In this document: piece by piece, positions 8,378 through 17,524 of the stretch | Position numbering within the stretch: the first letter of the stretch is position 1 | How the letters are laid out: every line of letters begins with the position of its first letter | Virus record (IMG/VR): IMGVR_UViG_3300020048_000106 | Location: 8,450-72,449 of that record | Source: a virus | Taxonomy: Duplodnaviria; Caudoviricetes | DNA: 64,000 nt | Strand: one strand, 5' to 3' | Notes under the pieces: model-generated | Database searches by the model: none | What the model saw: only the letters and a program-made list of their open reading frames with translations | What the model was told of the DNA's origin: nothing | Program-made: the position numbers and the translations under genes

Positions 8378-8788
8378 GTGACCGATAGCACACCCGACGG
8401 CCCGACGCTTCGAAAGCTGATTCGGGGCCTTAGCCAGCGTGACGGTGCCGCGCGGCCTGACTTGGTTGTCATGACGACGGAAGCCTGCGAACGGCTGCTT
8501 GATGCCAGGATTCTCGATCCGCCCGGTCGAGGTTTTCCAATGCCACCCGCCGGGCCAGGTTCTCGTGTTAATGTCTTCGGGATTCCGGTCGAGCACTATC
8601 CGACCATGCGTGAGTGCATGGATCGGTTGGTTGACCGTGGCGGCCCTCGGATACGATTTGGCGCATTGATCCTCGACGGACCGGTCCCAGACGAATTGCA
8701 GGACCATCCGTTCATGTTGTCCCAGCGTTCGCCGATCGTTGGCTGGCTGGAAGGGAAGTTCGGATTTCGTGGAGGCGACCCAGCATGA
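8378..8788 (+). CDS. Hypothetical protein
   Basis: GTG 8378 within ORF 8363..8788; stop overlaps the next ATG. Confidence 0.55.
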   Translation: MTDSTPDGPTLRKLIRGLSQRDGAARPDLVVMTTEACERLLDARILDPPGRGFPMPPAGPGSRVNVFGIPVEHYPTMRECMDRLVDRGGPRIRFGALILDGPVPDELQDHPFMLSQRSPIVGWLEGKFGFRGGDPA

Positions 8789-9030
8789 GCAACTTCACTT
8801 GCCCGATCTGCGGCAAAGACATCATCGACTCGCCGCGCGGGTACATCACCGGCTGCGAGCATTACCCGATCGACCACGGACCGCAGAAGCAACCCAGCTC
8901 GGTTCGCAAGATCATGGCGGAAACGGCTGCCGTCCGCCGCGATCTGTGGCCGCTCGTTGAACAAATCATTGCCGACGGACGTGTTGATCCGCCGACGAAC
9001 ACCAACCCCCTCAAGAGGACTGCGAAGTGA
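8785..9030 (+). CDS. Small zinc-finger protein
   Basis: CPICG...GCEH; translationally coupled. Confidence 0.6.
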   Translation: MSNFTCPICGKDIIDSPRGYITGCEHYPIDHGPQKQPSSVRKIMAETAAVRRDLWPLVEQIIADGRVDPPTNTNPLKRTAK

Positions 9031-9992
9031 CTACCGAATTGGTTTTTGATGACGGCTGGCGTGAAGCCCGGCACGACGGCATCGACTGCAAGAATCCGAT
9101 GCTTCAGGTATTTGGCGACAGGAGTGGCGTATGGTTCGACCGGCTGGTCCGCGGCGAGCCGTTGCTGCCGAACTACCGATACCGCGTGCCGATCGAGCCG
9201 GCTGTGACAGACGACTGCGTCGGTGAATGCTTCGACTGTGGCGGTCCGATCAGCCGCGAGAAGGGGTGCCCGCCCTGCGACCTGCCGCCGTTGGTCGAGC
9301 CCGAGTGGTACTACCTCGTCCAGGGTGACATCATGTCGGCGAACGACGAATACGAACAATGGATCGGTTGGTGGCAGGATTCGACACATCCTGCTTCTTG
9401 GAGCCCTTCAACTGCTGACTCTGACTCCGTTGGCAAACCATTCGACCCGAACCGCTTCGCGCCCCGCCGCCGCCGAGTAACCAAGCCGGAACCCGTCGAG
9501 CCGGTCACCGAAACGACCCCCGTCCAGAACGCCATGGCAACGCTAAGCGAGGCGATGTTCAAGGACAGCGACTACGCCTGGACGTGGCACTGTAACGTAG
9601 CCATGGCGGCCTGGGATGCTGGTGCGCCGATCTGCGAAGCCAACGAGCGTGCAGCCGACTTCATCAAGAATGCCTTTGGTGTTGACGTGCGGGCTCTTGA
9701 TGAGTGGAAGAATATGCCCATGAAGATAGTTGACACCGTGCCACTGGTCGAGTCAAATACCGCGACCAATGACCCGGTCCACATCCCGGCACACTACACC
9801 CAAGGCCCGATCGAATGCGTCGACTGGGTTCGCCTCGCCCTGACAGACGAAGAGTACCGCGGCTGGTTGAAGGGCGACGCACTCGCCTACATCTTCCGCG
9901 AACGGCTGAAGGGAGGCGACCAAGACCTCGACAAAGCCAGCCGATACCTGACATTCCACCATCGCCCCAAAGTCACTCCATCAACACCATGA
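9027..9992 (+). CDS. Composite protein with C-terminal DUF3310 domain and a Zn ribbon
   Basis: NDPVHIPAHYTQGPIECVD...GWLKGDALAYIFR...KGG.QDLDKA..YL; CFDCG...CPPC near the N-terminus. Confidence 0.8.
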   Translation: MTTELVFDDGWREARHDGIDCKNPMLQVFGDRSGVWFDRLVRGEPLLPNYRYRVPIEPAVTDDCVGECFDCGGPISREKGCPPCDLPPLVEPEWYYLVQGDIMSANDEYEQWIGWWQDSTHPASWSPSTADSDSVGKPFDPNRFAPRRRRVTKPEPVEPVTETTPVQNAMATLSEAMFKDSDYAWTWHCNVAMAAWDAGAPICEANERAADFIKNAFGVDVRALDEWKNMPMKIVDTVPLVESNTATNDPVHIPAHYTQGPIECVDWVRLALTDEEYRGWLKGDALAYIFRERLKGGDQDLDKASRYLTFHHRPKVTPSTP

Positions 9993-10309
9993 TCACAGAA
10001 CGAGTCCACCTACTGAACGAAGACCGCAAAGCGATCGCTGCCGCCAAGATGGCCAAGCTCGACGCATTCGCCAGCACAAACGACACGTCCAAGATGACCC
10101 AGAAGTCGATCGCGGCTGCTACCGGCCTGACGCTTCACGCGGTCATTTACTGGCGAGAGCGGGACAAGTACACCGTCCCTCGCCCGGTTGCCGAAGCTGA
10201 GCCGCCCAAGCTCGGACCCAAGAAGGACAAGCTGTTCTTCGTCGACGGCAATGATCTCTGCATCGTCAACCCACCCGCTCCAACCAAGATGAAGGCATGG
10301 ACAGCATGA
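9989..10309 (+). CDS. Hypothetical protein, possible HTH
   Basis: MITERVHLL...MTQKSIAAATGLTLHAVIYW; ATGA coupling at both ends. Confidence 0.6.
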   Translation: MITERVHLLNEDRKAIAAAKMAKLDAFASTNDTSKMTQKSIAAATGLTLHAVIYWRERDKYTVPRPVAEAEPPKLGPKKDKLFFVDGNDLCIVNPPAPTKMKAWTA

Positions 10310-10617
10310 CCAGCATTGACAAGCTCCGCGCCGACGCCATCGCAAGGCAGCGAGAAGCCCTTTGGGCCATCGCCGAGACGAACCACATGAATAAGCAACT
10401 GCGGGACGCCTTGAATCTCATTGGCGAGCACGTCGCAAATTGCCTGCCGGCCGGTTACTCGATTGCGATTGCGTTGTCGTCCGACGAATGCGACCTGACA
10501 CTGTTCGACCCAGACGGCAACGACATTGAACTCCCCACACTGGAACCCGAAGACAGTGCGGTCGATCAGGCGTGCCGTGAAGCCGCGGAGCACCTGGCCG
10601 GCGGATTGCAGCACTGA
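10306..10617 (+). CDS. Hypothetical protein
   Basis: ATGA-coupled, 103 aa. Confidence 0.6.
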   Translation: MTSIDKLRADAIARQREALWAIAETNHMNKQLRDALNLIGEHVANCLPAGYSIAIALSSDECDLTLFDPDGNDIELPTLEPEDSAVDQACREAAEHLAGGLQH

Positions 10618-10654
10618 GACCGTACACAATATCCACAAAACCCCCGAGAGGCCC

Positions 10655-10948
10655 ATGGCAAAGAAAAAACCATCGCTCCTGGATAGCATTGCGACCATGA
10701 AAGCAGTCGCCCCAAAGCGTCCGCAGCCATGGTACAAACGTCTCCAAGAGTCAGATCCTAAGACGTACGATGAGCTTATCGAGGTCGCCCTGGACTTCAA
10801 TGCAAAGGGCGTTGCTTATCAAAAGCTGGGCAGCCAGGTCGCGTTTCTGCGATGCCTACAGTCGCAGGGAATTGCCACGAACGTGTCCCAATCATCGTTC
10901 GACAACTTCGTAAAGTGGGTGGGCGAGCATGGGAAAGAATCTGCTTAG
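10655..10948 (+). CDS. Hypothetical protein upstream of the phosphoesterase
   Basis: MAKKKPSLLDSI..., GAGAGG RBS. Confidence 0.6.
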   Translation: MAKKKPSLLDSIATMKAVAPKRPQPWYKRLQESDPKTYDELIEVALDFNAKGVAYQKLGSQVAFLRCLQSQGIATNVSQSSFDNFVKWVGEHGKESA

Positions 10949-11894
10949 CAGGATTGCCAGCGGTGACACCGAGTCTGCCAAGATGAACGACCTGAAAAGT
11001 CGACTCGATGCCGCTAACCGGATCATCGAGGAGCAACAGGAACGGATCGAGAACCTGAGCAAGGCCAAGTTCTCCATCCCGACCCAGAAGAAATCCCGCC
11101 CCACCAAGGGCTGCTTTGTCCGCTTGATCGTCCCTGACACCCACGGGTCCATGATCGATCCCAAAGCGGCCGCAGCCATGTTTGCGGACATCCCCGAGCT
11201 GAAGCCGAAAGAGATCGTCCACCTTGGCGATGCGATCGACTGTGGCGGGTTCCTCGCGCAGCACCACGTCTGGGGCTACGTCGCCGAAGCGGAGTACACC
11301 TTTGAGCAAGACGTCGCCGCGGCCAACGTGTTCTTCGACAAACTGCAGTCGCTCGCGCCGCAAGCCACCATCCACTACCTCGAGGGCAACCACGACCGCC
11401 GGATCGAGACGTGGTGTGTCACCCAAGCCCTCCGCAGCAAGATCGACGCGGCCTACCTCAAGCGGATGTTTGGGGTTGCAACGCAACTGAACATCGCCAA
11501 GCGTGGCATCCACCACTGGGAGCAAGGGAAGCGGTACATGGACTGCCGCATCCCTGCCACGATCCGGCTGGGCAACTGCTTTTTCACGCACGGCACGAAG
11601 CACGGCAAGAACGCCGCCTCCGCCATGCTCTCTCGGTTCGCCGGCAACGTGGTCTTCGGGCACGTACACAAGCTGCTCTCCGCCTCGGATCGGACAGTGA
11701 AGGACGGCGAGATCGGGGCCTGGTGCCCGGGCTCGCTTTGCTTCGAGCAACCGCTCTGGCGACACTCGGATCCGACCGACTGGTGCCAGGGCTACGGCGT
11801 ACAGCTCGTGCGCCCGTCCGGTGACTTCCTCCACATCAACGTCCCGATCATCGACGGGAAGAGCTACCTCATGCAACTACTGGGATCGCGATGA
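10929..11894 (+). CDS. Calcineurin-like metallophosphoesterase with N-terminal coiled coil
   Basis: PDTHG, HLGDAID, EGNHD, THG and GHVH motifs. Confidence 0.92.
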   Translation: MGKNLLSRIASGDTESAKMNDLKSRLDAANRIIEEQQERIENLSKAKFSIPTQKKSRPTKGCFVRLIVPDTHGSMIDPKAAAAMFADIPELKPKEIVHLGDAIDCGGFLAQHHVWGYVAEAEYTFEQDVAAANVFFDKLQSLAPQATIHYLEGNHDRRIETWCVTQALRSKIDAAYLKRMFGVATQLNIAKRGIHHWEQGKRYMDCRIPATIRLGNCFFTHGTKHGKNAASAMLSRFAGNVVFGHVHKLLSASDRTVKDGEIGAWCPGSLCFEQPLWRHSDPTDWCQGYGVQLVRPSGDFLHINVPIIDGKSYLMQLLGSR

Positions 11895-12328
11895 CCAATG
11901 AACACGCAATCTCCGTCATCCATCTGCTGCTCGCCGGACTGTGGGCGATCGTCGCCTACGTGAGCGGCTTCCGGCGCGGCATGGTCTGCGGCTGGTGCGC
12001 CTGCGAGGAAGTCCCGCTGCAGATCAGCCGCGGAGAGTTTGAACAACCACCAACCAAGGAACCAGTTATGACCGACGGCCCTACCTATCTCGGACTGCAC
12101 ACAGACACCGAATACGACCTTGAATGCCAGTGCTGGCACAACACCAGCAACGAGCCGGTTCGGTTCTTCAACGCGGTCTTCGGCCCCCACGGACAGTGCC
12201 CACCAGGCGACTACTGGGTAACCGCAACCGCACCCGAGGAACAAGGGTTCTCGCTGTCGTTCACCAAGGATGAGTTCGAGAAGCGATTCAGGAAGATCGA
12301 AACACCAACCACGGAACCAACGACATGA
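11891..12328 (+). CDS. Hypothetical protein (N-terminal TM segment; possible internal start near 12068)
   Basis: Hydrophobic N-terminus; a second RBS (AAGGAA) precedes MTDGPTY. Confidence 0.55.
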   Translation: MTNEHAISVIHLLLAGLWAIVAYVSGFRRGMVCGWCACEEVPLQISRGEFEQPPTKEPVMTDGPTYLGLHTDTEYDLECQCWHNTSNEPVRFFNAVFGPHGQCPPGDYWVTATAPEEQGFSLSFTKDEFEKRFRKIETPTTEPTT

Positions 12329-12786
12329 CCAAGCCTAAGCCAGAATACAGCGATCACAGCCAGTTCAAACTCCTGCAGATCATGCCGGCAGAGGGGACGC
12401 TCGCCATCTACAAGCGGGATGGCGAACCAGAGTTCGACGAGCCCGACGAAGCCGACTTATGGGCTGGCAAGCTCGACATGCTCGGGCTCGCTGTAGTCAC
12501 TACCCGCCACTTTGCAACCACGTGGGATGAGGCTGGGAAGCCGACGCGACTCGAATACCAGAAAGACGTCGAAAACCGAGTCGTCGGCGTCTGCATGCGA
12601 GACGGCTTCTTCGACGTCTGCGAAACCGCCCGCAACTTCGTCTCCTACTTCAAGCCCAACCCAAGCACAAGTCCCGACGAACAGCGACTGGAAATCGCGG
12701 AATCGTTCTGCTGGAAGCCTGGCCAGCAGGTCACTGTCATGCTTCCCGACGATGCCAGCCCCGTCCTCGTTACCTACCGAGAATAA
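12325..12786 (+). CDS. Hypothetical protein
   Basis: 153 aa, coupled. Confidence 0.6.
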   Translation: MTKPKPEYSDHSQFKLLQIMPAEGTLAIYKRDGEPEFDEPDEADLWAGKLDMLGLAVVTTRHFATTWDEAGKPTRLEYQKDVENRVVGVCMRDGFFDVCETARNFVSYFKPNPSTSPDEQRLEIAESFCWKPGQQVTVMLPDDASPVLVTYRE

Positions 12787-12788
12787 CC

Positions 12789-13061
12789 ATGTCGAGCAAC
12801 GAACGAGTCATCGGCGGAAACCGCCAAGTCCGACGGTTCGCCTACCTCCACAAGAAGGATCACGATCGGTTCGGGATCCTTGAAGCGGTCTCCTATCGCG
12901 ATGCCCGAGACTACCTGGGGAAAGGGTATTACTGCCGGACAACGTGGCTGACGGACGACGAAGCCCGCAGCGCAGAGGACAGCGGCGAACGACGATGGGA
13001 AATCGTGTCGTCGGTCTTCCTGGACCCCAACGTAGCCTCATTCATCGGACACAAGACGTGA
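12789..13061 (+). CDS. Hypothetical protein
   Basis: 90 aa, in operon. Confidence 0.6.
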   Translation: MSSNERVIGGNRQVRRFAYLHKKDHDRFGILEAVSYRDARDYLGKGYYCRTTWLTDDEARSAEDSGERRWEIVSSVFLDPNVASFIGHKT

Positions 13062-13300
13062 GCGACCTATCAACGTGCGAGTTCTCCGTTCGGTTCGAGA
13101 TCGATGGCCACAAAGTCTCGATGTCATCCGCTACGTCGCACCATCCCAATGAAGCAGGCAAGGCAGACAAGGGGTTCATCTTCGGCAACCTGCTCGTCGA
13201 GGTCGCCGGAAGACTCGAGGACAGCCTAACCCCCGACGAATGGCAGTCGTTCCTGCTAAGCGTCAGCCAACTGAACGAAGACCGCGACAACAGGTGCTAA
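13058..13300 (+). CDS. Hypothetical protein
   Basis: GTGA-coupled start within ORF 12944..13300. Confidence 0.55.
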   Translation: MSDLSTCEFSVRFEIDGHKVSMSSATSHHPNEAGKADKGFIFGNLLVEVAGRLEDSLTPDEWQSFLLSVSQLNEDRDNRC

Positions 13301-13494
13301 CTGTGAACGAAAAAGAAACCGCGTCGCGGGTGACGTACAGCCGCGCGGACGTAACCGACGAATGGGCGTACGACACCACCAACCACGTCCAGTGGCCCGA
13401 AACCGAGCCGCCCAAGAACCGCAAAGCCCGATTGGCCGAAAAGTCGCTCAAACGGAAGCTGAAGAAACGACTGCAGCAAAAGGCCAAAGGTTGA
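13294..13494 (+). CDS. Small basic hypothetical protein
   Basis: Last gene of the operon; Lys-rich C-terminus. Confidence 0.45.
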   Translation: MLTVNEKETASRVTYSRADVTDEWAYDTTNHVQWPETEPPKNRKARLAEKSLKRKLKKRLQQKAKG

Positions 13495-13586
13495 CACAGT
13501 GCCAACAACCCATGCTCGACCTCGACTGAACCCCGTACAGACCCGGTCAACCCCCCCGCACGGGTCGACATGCAAAAACAAACGGC

Positions 13587-13610
13587 AAATGTCTCGTCGC
13601 CGAGACATTT
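13587..13610. repeat. Palindrome copy 1 (AAATGTCTC-GTCGCC-GAGACATTT)
   Basis: The 22-bp core AATGTCTCGTCGCCGAGACATT is identical at 30631 and 52499; this copy is intergenic. Confidence 0.95.
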
Positions 13611-14356
13611 TCAGCCTGCCACACTTCGCCAACTTACCGAACTTCACTCGAACAGTCCGGAAATCCTGGTTAGTTGCCGTTTTGGCCAGTTTCAAGACCC
13701 CAAAACCGTAAAAAATAAAACCTCAATTTTGTGGATTACGACGTGCGGGATATTTACTGTATGGAACCCGGCGCGGCGGGGCTGGCGGATAACTTTTGGC
13801 GGTCGTTGGGGCCCCCTTTCGTTGTTGTGCGGTCGATCGTCATCGTCCATCGAGCGTCTTCGGCCGTGGTGGCTGTCAGCTTGGCACACTTACCATCGTT
13901 GTCATGCCTTGCCCCCCTCCATGGTCGCTGTGTGCTGCGCAAAATCCTGCCGATTCCCTATGGATTGGGTAGGATCTTGCGCGCGTGGTCGTCAAGGCCC
14001 TGCTCGTGGCGTGTGTGCGTGGTGCTCGTGGCCTAGTGTGTGTGCCCTCGTGCCCTCGATGCGTGTGTGTGTGTGCGTGGTGTAGGCGGAAAGCCGATGC
14101 GGTGATCGGGTCGTCTCCCCGACCATGGTCAAGCGCACCCCCACCCTGTCCCCCTTCCACCTGCAACCGTGATCGTCTTGTTGTTCGGCTTCTTGGCGGC
14201 CGTGGTGATCGCTTCGGGCTCGTTGTGGCGGATGTCAGCGGCGCTGGGGATCGGCTTGGCGGTGGCCAGTCTTGGCGGTTGTGCGGCAGTTTGCGGGGCG
14301 TGATCGGTATCGGTGTCGGCCGAGGGCGTGGGCGAAAATAGGTCTGTTGTCCAGCT

Positions 14357-14397
14357 GGGGATCGGTGTAGCGGCCGTGGGGATCGGTGTAGCGGCCG
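14357..14397. repeat. 20-bp direct repeat x2 (GGGGATCGGTGTAGCGGCCG), period 21
   Basis: Copies at 14357-14376 and 14378-14397. Confidence 0.9.
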
Positions 14398-14400
14398 ACA

Positions 14401-14442
14401 ATCCGACTATTTTCATCGGATTGCGTCAACGCTGTGTTGACT
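14401..14442. promoter_or_regulatory. Inverted-repeat operator-like sites with back-to-back -35-like hexamers before the early genes
   Basis: ATCCGA-N9-TCGGAT (14401-21) and GTCAAC-N5-GTTGAC (14425-41); TTGACT on +, TTGACG on -; the -10 elements are weak. Confidence 0.4.
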
Positions 14443-14530
14443 ATTGGCGGTTGGAAGCCGAAGATATGGGTGCTGGATACCCCAGCGGTTGAAACGCTCT
14501 CTATCTCCCTTCCACCCAAGGAACATGACA

Positions 14531-14800
14531 ATGGATAAGAACGAACTGAAGGCTTCCGTTTACGCGATTCTCGGTACTCTCGTCGAGGTCGGTGGCTCAT
14601 CCCCAGCGTCTCACCTGTATTTGTGTGTCGGTGGTGATATGCAAAATTGGGAGCTAGTGCGGGGCGTGCTGCTCAATGCCGGGCTGGTGACGATCGCTCC
14701 GTCGCATCTGGTTAGCTTGACCGCTCGTGGTCAAGAGTTGGGCGAAGCGATCAACAAGGCTATGGCGGATGTCGTGGCTGAGCGGTCGGCAGCTGTTTGA
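14531..14800 (+). CDS. Small winged-helix-like protein
   Basis: AAGGAA RBS; ...LLNAGLVT...VSLTARGQE wing motif. Confidence 0.6.
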   Translation: MDKNELKASVYAILGTLVEVGGSSPASHLYLCVGGDMQNWELVRGVLLNAGLVTIAPSHLVSLTARGQELGEAINKAMADVVAERSAAV

Positions 14801-14847
14801 CGGTTGACTCGGTGTTCTCTCTCTCCCTTCACACAAGGAACATGACA

Positions 14848-15252
14848 ATGGTTACTGTACTCTCCCCGAAATGCCCGAAGGAATCGCCGTGGGGCGCGGT
14901 TGACAATCCCCCCACCGAATTGCTTCCGGGCATGTTTAGCGTCTCGACGCCGGGTCATGGCGGGATCTGGTTGGCCCCTGATCTCGCCAAGGTGGCCGAG
15001 GCTGTTATGGGCTCGATCATGCCTGATTGGCGGCCGTTCACTCGGTCGTGGTCGTGGCTTGAGGAAGATTGCGACTGGGTGGTTGCTGCCCTCACCTTCC
15101 CCGGCGGGTTTCGTCCTGATGCGGTCGCCTATGCGATGCGAGCGGTTTCGCAGTCTGGGTATTTGTCGGCCGATCCTGAATTGTTGGCGGCGTTCTGGTT
15201 GGCCCCTGCCGGCCTGGCGGTGATCGCCCGTGCGAACGACTTGGTTGTCTGA
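14848..15252 (+). CDS. DUF7007-like protein
   Basis: SPWGAVD...SVSTPGHGGIWL...WLEEDCDW pattern, recalled from plasmid/phage leading regions. Confidence 0.65.
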   Translation: MVTVLSPKCPKESPWGAVDNPPTELLPGMFSVSTPGHGGIWLAPDLAKVAEAVMGSIMPDWRPFTRSWSWLEEDCDWVVAALTFPGGFRPDAVAYAMRAVSQSGYLSADPELLAAFWLAPAGLAVIARANDLVV

Positions 15253-15317
15253 TCGTCCGGTTCGAGCGCGAGGGGGGTGCTAGTTGGCCCCCTGAGCGCC
15301 CGGATCGTCCGGTTCTG
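15250..15317 (+). promoter_or_regulatory. Intergenic long stem-loop A (early-region family)
   Basis: TCCGG..GCGC..AGGGG / CCCCT..GCGC..CCGGA; shares GAGCGCCCGGA(T/C)CGTCCGGT with the 17.47-kb copy. Confidence 0.6.
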
Positions 15318-15345
15318 TCCTGTCTCTTGAAACACAAGGAATTGA

Positions 15346-15816
15346 ATGATGGCTGCAACGAAACGAGTTTACCGAACGCCAATTGGCCAGTGGTCGTACG
15401 TACGCGAGTCGGCCGGGGCGCCGCGAGTGGCTACCCGCATCACCGACACTTGGTTGGCGCGTGAAGCGACTAAATCACACTTCGCGGCCCTGCCTAACAC
15501 AAAGCAGGAACGGTTCTGTGTGTTGACCCTCGACACAAAGGGGCATCCGCTGGAGTGGTACGTAGTGCATGTGGGTACGCTCTCTAGCTGTCATGCTCAG
15601 CCGGCCGACATCTTTCGACCCGCAATCCTCGACGGGGCCGCGAGTATCATCCTCGCCCATAACCACCCCAGTGGCGACCCGACCCCAAGCAGTGAAGATA
15701 AGCAGGTCACCGACCGGATGACGGATCTCGGCCGAATGATGGGGATCCAGATTCTTGACCATATCGTCTATGGCGATGGCACGGGGCTGACGATCTCTAT
15801 TCGCGATGCGTCCTAG
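15346..15816 (+). CDS. radC: RadC-like JAB/MPN domain protein
   Basis: QERF.V..LD...HPADIFRPAI..GAASIILAHNHPSGDPTPS.ED...ILDHIV. Confidence 0.93.
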   Translation: MMAATKRVYRTPIGQWSYVRESAGAPRVATRITDTWLAREATKSHFAALPNTKQERFCVLTLDTKGHPLEWYVVHVGTLSSCHAQPADIFRPAILDGAASIILAHNHPSGDPTPSSEDKQVTDRMTDLGRMMGIQILDHIVYGDGTGLTISIRDAS

Positions 15817-15862
15817 AGGCGACACTGTGTCCCCTTCCACCCTCGAAACACGAGAACAACGA

Positions 15863-16591
15863 ATGCCCAAGAAATACCCGATGTACCTGCCGCTCTCGCG
15901 TGGCAACTCGAAACTAGGCGAAGACGGGATCTGGCAATGGGGATTGCCGGCCGTCGCTACGTGCCCCGGCCGGTCGCCTGAATGCGTTCTGGCTTGTTAC
16001 GCGCTGAAGCACCGATATCGCTTCCCCAACGTACAAACGCGATTGGAGGCCAACATGGCGGCGCGGTTGCATCTGCAAGACTGGATCGCGAGCGTAACGG
16101 CTCAGATTGCGATGCACCGAATCAAGGCTGTCCGTATTCACACCAGCGGGGATTTTGATAGCGCGGCTTATGTCGATGCTTGGCGGGCGATTGCGAAGGC
16201 CCGGCCGAAAACCCGGTTCTACGCCTATTCGCGTTCGTGGTCGGTCGATGATCTCGCGATGCGATCATCCTTGCGAGCGTTCGCGCGGCTGAAGAATGCG
16301 CAGCTATGGTTGAGTTTTGATCGCTCCATGGAAACCCCTCCGCGATGGGCTGATTGCAAACGGGCGTACATGGCGGTGGATGATACCGACATTCCGGCCA
16401 AAGGATCGGCCGATATGGTCTTTCGCGTGAGACGCAAGACAAAAGCGGTTCGGATCGGCGGGATTGTCGTTTGCCCGGCCGAGCGCGAACGGGCCGCGAA
16501 AGCGACGTGCGAAACCTGCCGACTGTGCATCGATCGGACTGATTGGGTAGATCGGGCGAACGCAAAGCCGAATGCCCTGCCGGTTGTGTAG
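15863..16591 (+). CDS. GP88-like (Cys-rich, radical-SAM-like) protein
   Basis: GNSKLG...LPA..TCPG.S..C...CYA...RIH.SGDF...FYAYSR...CP...CETCRLC. Confidence 0.75.
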   Translation: MPKKYPMYLPLSRGNSKLGEDGIWQWGLPAVATCPGRSPECVLACYALKHRYRFPNVQTRLEANMAARLHLQDWIASVTAQIAMHRIKAVRIHTSGDFDSAAYVDAWRAIAKARPKTRFYAYSRSWSVDDLAMRSSLRAFARLKNAQLWLSFDRSMETPPRWADCKRAYMAVDDTDIPAKGSADMVFRVRRKTKAVRIGGIVVCPAERERAAKATCETCRLCIDRTDWVDRANAKPNALPVV

Positions 16592-16685
16592 CGTGCCATG
16601 GCGCGGTTCGCCCGGCCGTGATTCGTCGCGGCCGGTCCTACCCTGCTATGTCGCGGGAATTAACACAAGCCCTGGAGTAAGCCAA

Positions 16686-17048
16686 ATGGACGTTGTGTCG
16701 CGGGAATCATTCAAAAGCCTTGGAGTAGATCAAATGATCGTTATGTCGCCAGAAGTGAGAATCGTGCAGGTCGAATTGGTTAGCGAGGTCAAGGACATCG
16801 GCGCCGGCATGGCGAAGTTGCTTCCGGCCTCCGCGAGGTTTCGCTATTCGGTGGAAGTGCATTACGTACTCGAAACCGGGGAACGGGTTGGGACCGAAAT
16901 CCGTGGGCTGACCCGTCCGAAACTCGCCCAGCGGGTTGAATCGACCAAGAGCAACATCGAACGCGGTGGGATGTTTGCCCAACAATTCGACCACGGGGCT
17001 GGCCCCTATTGGTCGTTTGTGACGAAGTACACAATCGGATTGCGATAA
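16686..17048 (+). CDS. Hypothetical protein
   Basis: GGAG RBS, ATG 16686. Confidence 0.6.
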   Translation: MDVVSRESFKSLGVDQMIVMSPEVRIVQVELVSEVKDIGAGMAKLLPASARFRYSVEVHYVLETGERVGTEIRGLTRPKLAQRVESTKSNIERGGMFAQQFDHGAGPYWSFVTKYTIGLR

Positions 17049-17082
17049 CCACCCACCCCCTCGAAACACGAGAGACCGAACA

Positions 17083-17424
17083 ATGAAAATCAATAGCTTC
17101 AAAGTAACGATCAACAATTTCGACAATCAAGCCATGGCGGACGATCCGATCGGCGAGGTTGCCCGCATCCTAACCGAGTTGGTTGAGGGAATCGAGCATA
17201 ACGGCCTGTACGAGTACGACGGGGATGACCTGCGCGACATCAACGGAAACCGTGTCGGCAACGTCGATTGCGACTATGGCGACATCACCGACGACGATGA
17301 ATTGGTCGAAGTGTGCCCCGAATGTGACCATACGCAAGAGAGCGATGGCGACGGCGGTAACGAGTGCCCGGTTTGCTTCGCGGAAGGCCTGTCTATTGTG
17401 ATGGTGGTCGGTTATTCGGAATAA
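17083..17424 (+). CDS. Acidic hypothetical protein with C-terminal CxxC pair
   Basis: LRDINGNRVG motif; CPEC...CPVC. Confidence 0.7.
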   Translation: MKINSFKVTINNFDNQAMADDPIGEVARILTELVEGIEHNGLYEYDGDDLRDINGNRVGNVDCDYGDITDDDELVEVCPECDHTQESDGDGGNECPVCFAEGLSIVMVVGYSE

Positions 17425-17426
17425 CC

Positions 17427-17495
17427 GAAACCGGTTCGAACGCGGAGCCCGGCGCGATGGCGCGCCCGGCCGAGCGCCCGGACCGTCCGGTAACT
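17427..17495 (+). promoter_or_regulatory. Intergenic long stem-loop B (early-region family)
   Basis: AAACCGGTTCGAACGCGGAGCCCGGCGCG..., similar to the copy at 18446. Confidence 0.6.
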
Positions 17496-17524
17496 GAAAG
17501 AGACTCTAACCCGAGGAAACGACA

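Noticed and set aside
13587-13610. Palindrome as a canonical parS site
   Set aside because: It shares only the TGT.TC...GA.ACA ends with TGTTTCACGTGAAACA, is 2 bp longer with an asymmetric centre, and no ParB/ParA is visible.
14357-14397. Direct repeat as a possible CRISPR mini-array
   Set aside because: Two 20-bp copies with a 1-nt gap, no spacers and no cas genes.
13570-14416. ORFs 13570-14085 (+), 13731-14036 (+) and 14129-14416 (-)
   Set aside because: Translations mirror the low-complexity GT-rich DNA and lack an RBS. The minus-strand one cannot be fully excluded, since its 21-nt repeat is in frame.
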